Of a DNA stretch of 64,000 nucleotides, positions 1-12,886 are shown in pieces. Made by a program: the position numbers and the translations under genes. The DNA lies in contig CM119371.1 of NCBI GenBank assembly GCA_051294905.1, positions 26,910,001 through 26,974,000 of the forward strand, written 5' to 3'. How positions within the stretch are numbered: the first letter of the stretch is position 1; the number at the start of each line of letters is the position of its first letter. A model generated the notes under the pieces. It searched no databases. It was not told where the DNA came from and saw only the letters and a program-made list of their open reading frames with translations. This DNA is from Botryllus schlosseri (lineage: Eukaryota).

Positions 1-846
1 ATGGATTCTCAACACGTGACTCACGATTGAATACGCCGAGAAGCGAACTGCTGAGCCGGCTAAAAGCAGCAGAATTGATAATCCTATAGCTGGCGACCCA
101 CTAATGTATTGGAAGAAGAAGTCAGAAGAATTTCCAACGCTTGCTGCCTTGGCCAAAGATTATTTGGGGCTAACAGCAACATCAGCCCCGTCAGAAAGAA
201 TATTTTCAATTGCGGGCAACTTTTATACGGCAAGAAGAAATTTACTGGGGCCAGAAACTTTTCGCACCTTAATGTTCATTAAATGCAATCCTGCAGTTTT
301 TGAACAAGTAAAAATTTAAATGGAAACAAGATATTGTAATTTATGGTATCATGAGCTTCTTTCCATTTGCATTTTACTGAATTTTTCACACGCTGACGTC
401 TTGACAGCTACATTTCATTTGCGTTGCTCAGTTTTGTCTATTCGTTTGATTGCGTTTCATTGCCCGTCTTGCAGCCTATTCGTTGTTAGTCATTGCCAGT
501 CGCTCAAACTTTTGGTTGTTAACTGTCGCTTAAAAATATTTCCTATGACTAGGAATAGTTCGAAAACGTTTTTTCTTTTTAATAATTAACGGGTATTTGC
601 GTATCATGAATGAAACATGAATACTTGAATTGCTGTTAATTGCGACGCTACGGTTGTCAAGGAGCACGGTTGAATTTATGATTATTTAATTACATGTTCA
701 ACAGCAGCAATTGTAATTGTAATTGTAATTTAATTGAAGCATGCAAGGAGTAATTGTAATTGTAATTGTAATTTGATATTTTTAGCATGGAGTAATTGTA
801 ATTGTAATGTAATTGAACTGAAATAATTGTAATTGATCCAACTCTG
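1..846 (+). mobile_element. 3' part of hAT DNA transposon (CAGAGTTGGATCAATT-TIR family)
   Basis: Ends AATTGATCCAACTCTG at 846 after GTAATT subterminal repeats, the same end as elements 29248-30714 and 48278-51932. Carries a transposase C-terminus. The left end is outside the window. Confidence 0.85.
104..319 (+). pseudogene. hAT transposase C-terminal dimerization domain fragment
   Basis: DPLMYWKKKSEEFPTLAALAKDYLGLTATSAPSERIFSIAG matches the hAT dimerization motif. Upstream sequence is non-coding MITE DNA. Confidence 0.85.
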
Positions 847-1217
847 GTCAGTATTTTGGATGCATGTTACTCCCTCGAGTGAAAATGTCGTGAAGAAGTG
901 GATGAAATAACCCTTACCAGGCGGCTACAAAAGAAATTTCTCGAAAGCTGCGCCTTTTTGTACTATCGTACCTCATTTGCATTCAGCACGGAGACGCATC
1001 CCGCAATTTCGAATGTTGCCGCCCTCGTTTAACTATTAACAATATACGGCCCCTCTGTAGGATCTCTTGTTCGAGTATTTTCAAAGATCTACATTTCAAC
1101 TCCTACTTACAGTCATTTTGACATGTCTTATATATCACTACTTGCAACTGTATTTTAGCTAAATTTCAACGCAATAGAACCATATTTGCATTTCGACAAC
1201 ACCGATGTCCTAAGAAC

Positions 1218-2155
1218 TAGTGATGGTGGGAACGTGAGGTTCACGTTCGCGTTCTGTGTGTGAACCTCAGAAACTTAGAGGTTCACGTTCACAAACAAAC
1301 CTTGGTAGGTTCTGCACTGCGAACCCTTTTCATCTATTACAATTTTCACTTCATTATAACATCTTTGGTTGAAATTTATTGCATTTCAACTGCGGGCCAC
1401 TATATGCATGGCGCTGGCAGCATAAATAAAATCAACAGTAAACGAGCATGCACCTTGACAATCTCACAAATTTTACTTACTTTGTTTCAAAAATTTGCTC
1501 GAATATTTAGTGACTGTGAGGTTGACCCGCAATCACACAACATCAAGAGCTAAATACACTACATGTAGGTAGTCAGCGAATGATGCTTATTCAACCAATC
1601 AATGAAGTTGATATCGTTGTCTGATGCAAACAATGTAGCAGGCGTACGGGGTCAATCTTGATTATGTTTATTGTAGCATAAAATCCAAATTCGTGCGATA
1701 AGGTCGTAGGCTACTGCTGTATTCCTGTATAACTTGTTAATGGGTTAATATCGGCAGCAAGTATAGAAAACCGTTTGACATTATGCTCAATATCAACGTA
1801 GCAAATAGCAATACTCAGACGCCGAATTCATTGTCCGGTCTGGCCTATATCGTTAGGGGGTAAAGCTTAATTATATTCCCTTGCAAGTCCTCGTCGAAAT
1901 TGTTGGCAAAGCGACGGAAGATTTTGATTTTATGGGATTATTATATCATTTGATTGTACCAGTTGATACATTTGGCTAGGTTTAATATGTCAATATGTAC
2001 TTCAGCATTGTGGCGTTATGTGGCCCGAGTTGGTTGGAATTAGAAATCTGAAGTCACGTGACGTCATGAGGTTCACGTTCGCGTTCACACAGAACCTTTC
2101 AAGAAGGTTCGCGTTCACACGAACCTGAACCTTTGAGAGGTTCACACCATCCCTA
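1218..2155. mobile_element. Non-autonomous hAT element (TAGGGATGGTGTGAAC-TIR family)
   Basis: TIRs TAGTGATGGTG.../...CACCATCCCTA. 8-bp TSD CTAAGAAC (1210-1217, 2156-2163). Absent from paralog at ~14360. Confidence 0.9.
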
Positions 2156-2349
2156 CTAAGAACACATTGTCGCGAAACGAAGTATTCGGGTGTCAATGGC
2201 TTCGGAACGTGTCGGAAAATCTCTCAGTCAAACCACGGGATGAAGTCGGACATTGGACGTTTTTAACGTAATGGAAGTTCGTCTTCTTTGTTTGGGCGTA
2301 ACAGCCTTTTGTACTCTTGATCATCATTCCATAGTCATCATATTATAAT

Positions 2350-2641
2350 TGGGGTTACCATACGTCCTTATTCGGAGGAGTTATCCTCCTTTTTCAAGAA
2401 ATGTCTTCCCGTAACCCAAAGTCGTCCTTTATAGCCTAAGATACCTAAAAAGACGGCGAACTACGCGAGATGCGGACCGAGAGACTGGTATTTCGGGAGT
2501 AGAGTTCGACAAATGACTATTTTTTTCAGTACACCTTAATGAGATTCGATGTATACACATTTCAAAATCACCCGTTTTCTCGTCCGCAATAGTGGTTTGA
2601 AAAGTGCACTTCTTTACGGATCTCTAAACATGGTGACCCTA
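2350..2641. mobile_element. Short hAT (Blackjack-like) MITE, shared by both duplication units
   Basis: GGGTTACCATACGTCC...ATGGTGACCCTA termini. Also at 14555-14844. TSD not recognisable. Confidence 0.6.
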
Positions 2642-2806
2642 TATTAGGAGATATTTAAACGAATACCCAAACATGGCGTGTCATGTCCAAACTTGTGTAA
2701 TCGGTGCGCAGTCATTGAATATCAATTTATTTTGCGTATGCTGGAGAGTATATAAGCCTACTGCAATCTAGAGAGGTCTTAATATAGTAGCCTACAGTAA
2801 ATACTT

Positions 2807-3058
2807 TTATTCATCATCATAGATATTAACCAAATACACTAAGCACTGAGTGGCAAAGAATATGAAAAGATACATTCCGAAGGCTATCATATATACGAAG
2901 TAGTCGCAATGGCGGGTGGAGTGTGCCCCGTCTTCACTTGCTTGGACTGGTATTCCTTCTCGACATATGTAGCGGCCCATCGAAATCCACAATAATGTCA
3001 TAAACAAGATCAGAAAGACGACGCAATGCATCATGGGAAAACCTGAGAAAAGATTCAT
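2807..3058 (-). CDS. 83-aa two-transmembrane microprotein, copy A (family unknown)
   Basis: Two hydrophobic segments flank a polar Cys-bounded loop, with an acidic tail. TTGCAG acceptor 5 nt before the ATG and AATAAA ~75 nt after the stop (2726-2731). Same-length intact paralog at 15012-15263. Confidence 0.6.
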   Translation of the reverse strand: MNLFSGFPMMHCVVFLILFMTLLWISMGRYICREGIPVQASEDGAHSTRHCDYFVYMIAFGMYLFIFFATQCLVYLVNIYDDE

Positions 3059-5060
3059 GTTATCTGCAACGCAGCCGACTGAGAATAGGAATATTTAGCT
3101 GCATATATGTACCAAAGGTGGTCACTCGGTCAGTAATGAAGTAGTCCTGATTCTACTTATTCGGACTCCTTAAAGTCGGTTTAACTGACTGCACTCTAGT
3201 CCGTGGTTCCGTTTCAGACAGCGTCGAGTTATCTAGGACATCTGCTACTTTCAATTCATAGTTTTTTTTAAATAGTGGAAAACAGTCTTGGACTACTTGC
3301 TTATTTTCTGTCAATTAATTTTGTAATTCTACCTGAAGTAATTTTGATGGCTTGGGAATTTCTACTTTACTTGGATTTAAGTAAAATTTACGGCGTTACT
3401 CCAACTACTATCCTATACTTGAGTGAGAGCTTTGACTACCTCCCTTCTCAACGTCCTACTACAGTGGTTCTCAGCAGCTAGTCGCTGCAAGATATATTCG
3501 ACTCTAATATCTCTATTCCGAAAGGCAAGAAATTGGACGTTTGTCCATTAAAATACTAAACTTCACAATTTAAACATTGAATTAGCGTACGACAGAATGC
3601 TGCAAGTGTTGTACGAAACTGTTTAAAATGAGCATATCACGATTCACGACCAGTTTACTTGAAAGCTCAAAAAGATGTTTAAACAAAGTTCGTAACATTA
3701 CGATGGTACAATTTAGCGACAATTAGTAGTAAAATATAGAGGCAAGAAAACAGCCAACTCGGATTTATTTCAAGGGAAACCAAACGATCAGACTCTGAAG
3801 TTGGGAGGTTTGAACTTCCATAGAACCGCTTATAACGGTCTAATGAAAGAGCAGTAATAAATGATTTCGAATATTCACTGATAAGTTGAATACTTTCGTC
3901 GTAAATTTGCCGGTCCGCACAGTTGATGTTTCATACCGGTCCGCAAGATCAAAAATTTTGAGAGAAACTGGCCTATACTACAAGCCTTATATCTTATAAA
4001 GAGCAAATTTAAATACTTATCAGGCGTAGCCAGGATTATGTTACACAGCGTGAGATGCGACGGTGACTTTATACATTATCCCTTATGAACAGTAGCAGCA
4101 TTTCACCAGAGTGTTTAGAATATGGATCAAAATCGATCATTTGTAGGTAACAAACGTTCATGCCCGTGTGTGTCAGACATAAAAGTAGAGATGGCAGAGA
4201 AATAATGTTATATTCAATACTTCACAATATCTCCTTATATCTTCACTCCCAAAATTTGAATAGAAAGAACATATTTAATAAAATCGGGTCATTATGCCAG
4301 AATCGTGGTTACAAGTTTTAATGTTTAGAGTTATGAGGTACTATATGCAGGTAATTTTAGACGCCACTGACAGCAGGATGGATATTAAGAGAAAAATACC
4401 AATCAATATCATATTAAAAAAGAGGAAGCTGCGACTTAATTTTGCCAAGACCATTTAGCTGCCATTTATGTCATTGAATATGATTTTTACGTTATATGCA
4501 TCTCACCGCGGAATAAGTGAGGAAATATCCCTTGCTCCAATAATGTGGCATAGCGACCAAGGTTCTGTCTCAACTCTCTTCTGTCATCGACGATTCGGGT
4601 GGATCGAATCCTTTCTGTATCGGTAATAGAATATGGCTAAGCGTTTCGTGCCCTGATCAAAATGTTACATACAATAAAAAACGGGTATAAATCGATCTTG
4701 TGACATTTTCAAGCAATACGTTTATATTCCAACCATGCATACTACATAACAGGGTATACGAGCACTTTTGAATTCGACAGAAAATCTAGAAACTCTGTAG
4801 AGCGAATGATTTTGAGCAGTGGTAAACTATATCCGTTAGGTAACCGGGCCTGATCTAACTGATGCGGTGAACCCGCGGGGAACATATGTGATCACCAGTA
4901 TTAGTTTATGTTAACGTTGTGGCGAGACCTATCAATGAAATCCTTTATACTACTGTTGTTGTTCATCCGTAATGTAGACGATACATTACTGATTTCACTG
5001 CAGTATTTCTGAAACTGTCATCCTCTTTGAGGCATTCGAAGTCCACGAATGACCCACAAA

Positions 5061-5445
5061 TAGGGATGGTGTGAACGCGAGGTTCACGTTCGCGCTCTGT
5101 GTGTGAACCTCAGCAATTTGGAGGTTCTCGTTCAAAAACTGTTCTGCACTGTGAACCTTTTTCATATATAACAGTTTTCATTTCTTAACAACATCGTTGG
5201 TTGAATTTTTGCCTTTCAACGGCGGGCCACTCTATGCATAGCGCTGACAGCATAAAAATCAACACTTACCGAACAAGTACCTTGACAATCACAAAAATTT
5301 TACTTGCTTTGTTACAAAAGTTTACTCGAAATATCCATCTTTCCGTTTGCGAATATTTAGTGACTCTCTGCTGTGAGCTTGACCCGCAATGACACAGGAT
5401 CAAGAGAGAAACACACTACATGTAGTCAGCGAATGACGCTTATTG
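5061..5445. mobile_element. Truncated copy of TAGGGATGGTGTGAAC hAT MITE
   Basis: Starts TAGGGATGGTGTGAACGCGAGGTTCAC and is colinear with 1218-1590. The other end is missing. Confidence 0.8.
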
Positions 5446-5599
5446 ACGGTAAATTCGATGGCATGGCTATTCAATATAATTTAGCAAATAAGCATGCGTG
5501 ACTGAAAAATGCGACATAGTGTCCAATTACATTTTGAAATGAATTTTTGAACATATTTTGTACTTAGTGCCGCAAGTTAAATCGCTAAGACTGAAGCCC

Positions 5600-6880
5600 T
5601 TTAGGCCTACATCCGAAACAAGTCCAAGCATTCAACCACACACCATTAGAATCTTCATCATTGTGGTCTTCGTCTGAAGCTCCCTCAGCGGTGTTATCCC
5701 CTCTTCTCCTCATATCGTTGGTAATGCAGCAACGAAAAGCTTAAGTTTAACAGGGAGCGTATTTAAAAATAATAGGGTAAACTAGAGAATAAATATGAAT
5801 ATTGTTATATCTGACTATGAAATTCGAAGCAAGTAACCACAAACTTTGTGATGCTACTAACCATCGCACTGCAATACCTTTAAGCCAACATACAATGCTG
5901 TGTAGACGATACTGTACGGTATGTTCGTCTGGTGTGGATTGCCAATGCGAACGGACCAAAGGTCAATAATTAGATGATGAAGCACCTGGAAGAAACGTCT
6001 AATCACTGATTACCCTTTCAAAAACGTTATTTTGGTGATTTACGTTGTGGTCAGAAATTTGACCGATTCATAAATTCTCTAAACACGATAAGTTTAAAGT
6101 AAGAGTTTTACTGTGTTTTATACAGTGAGGGTTGTATTTGAAACAAATGGTTGTCTAAAACATGTTTTAAACAGTGTTTTAAAGACTGGCCTTTCAAAAA
6201 AATTGTCTTTTTAAGTTATAAAATCTTGCAATAATCGTGTAAATACTTTCCAAAAACATGTTATATGAGCCTACGGACAATTACCACCTGATATAGATGA
6301 CGTTTACGGTTCAGTCGGTTCAACAGGTCTAGTACGTAGATATTTCGTGAAAGGAGCTATATTGACTCTATATTTTCAGTTGTCAATGTCAAACCACTAT
6401 GACGCTACAATTGAATATACGTGACGTCATGGCATGAAGAACAAACAAAAAATGAAAAATAAATTTTAAACAAGGGCCTTATTTTAAACATGTTTGTTTC
6501 AAATTGTTTTTGTTTTAGATGTAACCATCTGCACAGTTATATATATATCATTAGTAGGAAAATATATAGCAAGAAGAGGTTAAGTAGTTTTTCCAGAAAA
6601 TGACCTTTAACCGGTCATATTTATAGGTAAATCGAGAGATAACTACCAATAAGATCCGAAGTCAAATTTTGTCTATAGGAATATCTTGGATGTTTGCTGC
6701 CGTTCTCTTCGACTTCCCAGGTACAGGAAAATGTCGTGTCGGACTCGAGAATGTGAGCATTGCAATTACTCATCCTATAGGTAGCTCAGATTCGTTGTTG
6801 GTATGTCATTGCAAAACCGATGACTTCGAATTATTTACATTATCGATTCGATATGTCGTCATTGGCTCGATCAGTTCCTG
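5600..6880 (-). pseudogene. Degenerate exons of putative type-I membrane protein gene, unit A
   Basis: Minus-strand relics FRCCITNDMRRRGDNTAEG (~5700) and TTFSCTWE (~6730) align with LRCGITNVMKKRGDKTDAG (~19820) and TFSCASME (~20400). Many stops and frameshifts. Confidence 0.35.
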
Positions 6881-8888
6881 AAAACAAGAAACCAGAGAGT
6901 ACAAATCGCCCCGAGGCCGAAATAATGTTCAAATTGATCGTACAGCGGTCCCCGAATGGCCTATATGCTGATTAACCAACGTTGTCGAGAGGCTTAGCTA
7001 TACAACGGATATACTTTCTCTGATTGTAATGCTTGTTCAATGTAAAATATTTGGTGGATTTTTCTGACTTGACTCCTGCTTCTGATCATTCCGTGGTTTA
7101 GGATGGGTTTTTGGGCCATCAATGATTAAGGAGCCCATGTAGAACGGTCTAATTTGAGGTGTAAGTCATATTCGATTGGATACAAGAACTTCAAGTGGGA
7201 AAATGTGAATATAGTAAAACATTGTGGTGCATTTACCTAAAAATAATAGCGTGGAGATCGAGTTACTCGGAAGGGTGATTACAAGGGCTCACGAATCTTG
7301 GTTGATTTTTCTAATATCGATAAATGAAAAGAGCCTTCAAAAATATTTCTATACTTTAAACTCGTATATTCAAACCTGAACGGTTGCCTAATTACAATAA
7401 TAAATAAAATGGTGTTACCTAAGGTCCCACAACTAACAGAAATATACGTTCAGTGTGGTTGTTGTATGGCAGTGGTCGGCAACCTTTATCCGACGCGACC
7501 CCAGTTGAAACGAAAATAAACTCATTCGACACATTTTGCCTTGCGATACGGAGAAGAGCATTCGCAGGATTGCTTAAACTAAATAGTAACAGTTGCGTTG
7601 ACCCCATAATAGAGCTATATCTAATTTCAGATAACTATTTCAAAATTACTGTTTCTACGACAAAACACAAATTGTCACCGTTTAATTTGCATTGGTAATG
7701 CCATAGCTGAGCCTTTATAGCTGTGCCTCCACCAGTTGTCGAAGCCTCGGCTTGACTTTTCATACGCTCAACAATGTCTCATTCTCTGCTTGAATTTGAT
7801 AAAAATGTTTCATTTTCAATATATTGATACTATGCCATCCATATATTGCTAATTTTTTTTCTGCTGAAGATGCCCCTTTGTTCAATATGGCATTTTGCGA
7901 ATTTAATGGTAACATGTAGGGTCGCATTAAAACATGGCCCTTGTTTAAACGTACATATTTTCTCTGGTATAGTAGCATTGTGCGGGATTGCAAACTTGAT
8001 ACCGTGGCCGCTAAAATCTGCTTTATATTGGTTTAATATAAGTGACCGAAGTTCTAATCGGCGCCGTATACGTATTCAAATTAGGATGTTGATACCGATA
8101 CTGATACCCCGGAAATTAAATGTATATTTCTACCCGTTACATACATATTGAAGTAACGGGAGGGACGGAAGTTTTAATCGGTCCAGTAGATATGCGAGGT
8201 AGGACATTGATACTTGAACGACAAATAAATATTAAATTTATATTGTCTATATATCATGTACATACGTGTATAGGTTGTTAAGCATGCTAGTAGCTTTATT
8301 ATTAAAGTAATGGAATAATTACGGCAGTAAATCCTTACTTAATGATGAGCAGAAATGACAATTTCCAAGACGCGTTCAAACCACTTCAAATGGAAGTAGA
8401 AAAGAAATGCAAAATATATCATTTAAATTATACACTGCCTCATGGTGAGTTGCTCTGAATCAATCTTTCTTCGTGATACGGAGTCAACACATGGTAACGC
8501 AGATCTTCTTACAATATGACGTTAGGAGGATGTGTGTGACGTCTTGTCTCGTAGACACACACTCCAAGTATATCCATGATTATATCCGAACAAATTCGCT
8601 GGCAAATATTTCCGAAACTTCACATATCCTAATACTTTCTACGAAATAGGCAGGACGCATGTCTAGAGTCATATTGCGTCGCTGGGTGCCATGTATAAAT
8701 CGAAACTTCAGTATTACTTGCCGTGGACCAATTACCAGAAGATTATCGACACGCAGAGGGGGTCAATGCCGAAATCTTCGGAGTACCCAAGCCGATTATC
8801 CCGCTTACACTATAGTCAAGCTGCTTCCCTTCTACTCAAACAGTATGCTCGGTAAATACTTCAAACTTTGTATTTACATTGTAGTCAG

Positions 8889-11800
8889 TAGGGTTGTTCA
8901 GAATTGACCGACTTTCAAAAAGTCCAGGTTTTCAGTCCGATTCCCATGCCTTATACCTTAAAAACACATTCTGGCAACTTTTTTTTGTAACTCGTCCCCT
9001 GCATCCGTGTGCACATTGAGCTGGAAGAATAGCAGCTGAAAATAGGGGATTCCCCTAAAATCTGAGTGTCACGATTTTACCTACCCTAGTTAAAGTGACC
9101 TATAACATGGATTTATGCAGCTGTTGCGGTTTGGAGTGCTACAAAACCCCACTATATAAGGCATTCCTAGTTTAGGATATCATTTCCATGTCCCACACTG
9201 CCTTAGAACTGCTCAAAACTACCTAAAACTGATAGTCATTTTGTTGGATCACATATCCTACACCCCTCAAACCTACCCGGCACTGTTCATCAATTTCCTG
9301 GATCCCCATGTGCAAGAATACAACTGTAAATGTAACATCCACTCACAGCCATGTAATAAACATCACAGGAAACGAAAAAATAAGGCAAAGAAAGAGATCA
9401 ACTTGGCAAAATATTACATAAATCAGATGGATGAAATGGTTGCTTTTCGAGAAATCTGCATATCTGTTCCGGTGATCTTCCACAGCTTGTAGGAGGCTCG
9501 CTCGCTGTTTTTTGTCATCCGTTATTTACGCAGCATAGTCGGTATTCAATCAGCATAGTCGGTATTCAATTTTACCATACGCTCTGCTGCATCATTAACT
9601 ATACTTCAACAGTATTCACAAATTCTTGAGCAGTCACGAAATCCGGATCTGTATGCCATTCCGAAACTGGATGACTCAACCAATCATGTTCCACATGTAT
9701 AGCATCAAATAGAAACCACGATTCTGGCCCAATCAAATCGACCATACTCCTTGACTCAGAGACAGCGTCAGAGATCAGACTGAGAGGCATACCTCTGCAA
9801 AATTTTTCAGGGATTGGCATTTTCAGCAATTTAGCAGCCATCGCTTCCTTCAGTTTGTCAGGAATCTTTGGATTAGCCGAGAACGTGGTAAATACCACCA
9901 TTTCCTCAGTTAGATACCAATGATGTTTTCGCAATTTCTTGTATGCCACATCAGCAACGGTGAGATCGCATAATGAAAAGTTTTTCATGTCATGAAGGAA
10001 TTTGATATCATTCCAAGGTGCGTCACATGCAATACCAGTTTTCAACCAAGCTGGAACATAAAACAAAGCAATGAATGTATTGATTCGTTCCAACTTTTCA
10101 ATGAACTCTTCACAATAGTCCATTTGCTCACTCCACATGAAGAACATTTTTTGACAGTACAGGACTTGACTCATCCATCTAGCGCTATGAGTAGCACCAG
10201 GCTTGCGAAACGATGATCAACATATTTGTCATCCAAAATCGCCAAGGTGCCTGTTGCACATTCTCTGTAGTCATCTCTTATCAAGACTTCTTTCTGCTTT
10301 CCATCATTGGGTTTCATCAGTGGAATCAATTTCTTGCTTTGCTTCATCAGCTTTCATCGCCAACCAGCTGCCTTCAATAAACTTCAGCGTTTTATAGCTT
10401 CTTGATTTATCAATATGTTTCCACTTCTTCTTGAAGGTATTAAAATCCGTGTTTTCAGGGCCTGCGGTTGTCGATCCAAACAAACACTTCCAAACCTCTC
10501 GTATGACCAGTTCATAAATATGATGGCGACAGGCATTGTAGAAAACTTTCCTGTTAATCAATTCTTCAAGTAACGGAACCGCACCTTTGTTTTTACCAGT
10601 GTTTGAGGATGTTGTGACAAACACAAGAGCTCTAACAGATTTTGTTAAATTCCAAAGTTCCTAACAGATTTTGTTAAATTCCAAAGTTCCAACAGTTCAA
10701 ATGATGCATCAGCCTGTGCTTTTCCTGTAGCACTTTCCAGAGTTTAAATGCCAAGAAGTTTCCCTTTCTTAAATGCGCCGGAATACGCAGACGATGCGAG
10801 CACTGCCAAGGCCTCAAATTGATATCCTAGACGACTCTTAGTGAGCTTTCCATCCTAGTGCAATGCAATGTGCTCTGGTGGATTGGTGGATATTTTTTCA
10901 AAGATAGATTCGGAAATTTTCCAACGATTTGCAATGCGTCGTCGATAGCTCCAGATCTTGAAAGATGGAAGTCATTAGGGTTGCCATCGCAAGCTTTAAT
11001 CAGTGCTGCAGTTATCATGGTAGCGGCATTATCACTGACTTTCAAGCGATCAAAAACCTGGCATAGGTCTTTGTCGCTGAATAGGTTTACAGGAGCTTTT
11101 AGAGTCACAAATTTAGCGGAATGACCAGATGTCGACTATGCAAGTTCAAAATCAGTGCTGTGAGAAGTGTCAGCTACCTGTGAAGATATAGATGAGCTCT
11201 CTGTAAATTCACCTTCGCTACTTGATGCTGGTGCAGACTCTCTTGCACTCATGGTCCGTGTCTTTTGTTGCATGATTTTCGCTTTCAACACTTTCTTTGC
11301 CACCGATCGCTTCTAATCTCGGACCCCTTTGATCCTGATAAAATGCTATGTCTTCACGTTTTTATTGTCAGAAAGAAGTCTACTTGCTTCAATTGTCGCT
11401 ATTGCGTCAGGGGCTCCTATATCTCATAGCTTACTCAGTTTGGCTTCAAAGTCGCTTTGTTTTTAGATACATATTGCCGGCCTGCAGTTTTCTTTAGTGA
11501 CAGCCATTGTTTCCACACTGTTTCCAATCTTTTAGTGGCATTGACTTTTGTGATAGTCTTTATGCCAGCAAGTAGTCTTTATGCCTGCAAGTAACCAAAA
11601 ACCGATCACTTCATCTACTGCGATCTGGATGTGTGACTTGACTGGTTCATTTTTTAAAAATGAATGCTCTCTCAGGTGTAGCACATATTGCATAACTTGC
11701 CTCAGAGTGGGCAACTTCGATCCCGTAATGGCTTCCTCAGATGGCCCAACTAAGAAATGCTGTGTCGGCGATCGTGTTCTTCTAGTTTTCTTCGGTACTG

Positions 11801-12594
11801 GTGCGCTAGATAACGATTTTCTTTTTTTTCAGACATTTCGCACTACAGCTAATCCTAGAAAAACAGATATACATAAACTCAGTCAAGCAACAAAGTATAG
11901 TGGAAAACATTTCAGTTCTTTTAGAGTTTTAGGTCGAACACATACTGCATAACTTGCACAGGAGTAGCCAGATTAGATCCAATTATAGATTATCGAAGAT
12001 AGTTATTCCTAAATTGGAAAAACTCATACCAGTATATTGATATCTAGGGATATAACCAAAAATTTAGAGCAACCGACTGGCGGTTTTCCCCAGTCACTGG
12101 AATAGACATTTGCAAGCTTTGTTTCTATCCCAGTAGAAAGGAAAAGAGTATCAGGTCTATTATATCAAATAGTTGTATACTGCTATAATACTATGTTCAC
12201 TAATCACGCGCTAAACTCGCTAATAGCATGAGTCAAAACGCCGCCTGATAAGTCCTGCACCTCAATCGTAAACACAGTCCATCAACAACAAAGCAGCAAG
12301 GCACCTGACTAATCAATGATTCCCGTTTCACAGCCGTGCTCAGCGCTTCATCAGCGCTAGAACATACGCGTCACGTCAATGAGAACACACGCCATTCCTG
12401 TCGAGTCACTGACAACGGGGGAATCCCCTAATTTCGAAGAAATTTTTAGGTGCATGAGAAAACGGCAATGTGCACACGGATGCAGGGGATGAATTACAAA
12501 AAAAGTAGCCAGAATGTGTTTTTAAGGTATAAGGCATGGGAATCGGACTGAAAACCTGTACTTTTTGAAAGTCGGTCAATTCTGAACAACCCCA
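8889..12594 (-). mobile_element. Full-length decayed hAT-superfamily transposon (hATm-like) with ~130-bp TIRs
   Basis: TIRs TAGGGTTGTTCAGAATTGACCGAC... (8889-9018) and ...GTCGGTCAATTCTGAACAACCCCA (12466-12594). 8-bp TSD GTAGTCAG (8881-8888, 12595-12602). Confidence 0.92.
9480..11800 (-). pseudogene. Disrupted DDE transposase (hATm-like)
   Basis: Motifs in order: LPTLRQVMQY..FWLLAGIKT, ALH*DGK, TTSSNTG, ACRHHIYEL, PGATHSARWM, SWFLF, VNDAAER. Broken by stops, frameshifts and small tandem duplications (~9530, ~10640). Confidence 0.85.
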
Positions 12595-12886
12595 GTAGTC
12601 AGTATTTTGGATGCATGTTACTCCCTCGAGTGAAAATGTCGTGTTGAAGTGGATGAAATAACCCTTACCAGGCGGCTACAAAGAAATTTTTTGAAAGCTG
12701 CGCCTTTTTGTACTATCGTACCTCATTTGCATTCAGCACGGAGACGCATCCCGCAATTTCGAATGTTGCCGCCCTCGTTTATAACTGTTAACAATATACG
12801 GCCCCTCTGTAAGATCTCTTGTTCGAGTATTTTCAAAGATCTACATTTCAACTCCTACTTACAGTCATTTTGACATTTCTTATATA

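Larger units (their letters stand above)
847..5060. repeat. Tandem segmental duplication, unit A (paralog of ~12598-19447)
   Basis: Colinear homology, e.g. GTCAGTATTTTGGATGCATGTTACTCCC at 847 and 12598, ACGAATGA(C/T)CCACAAA near 5045 and 19433. Interrupted by copy-specific TE insertions. Confidence 0.9.

Noticed and set aside
680..840. GTAATT arrays (also ~29260, ~30540, ~48290, ~51710) as CRISPR, telomere or ITIT-repeat ORFs
   Set aside because: They are subterminal repeats of one hAT family, with no unique spacers and no cas genes.
1260..1553. Recurrent ORF family (STAGHSMH..., also 5201 and 47297)
   Set aside because: Internal MITE sequence. Starts, stops and lengths differ between copies.
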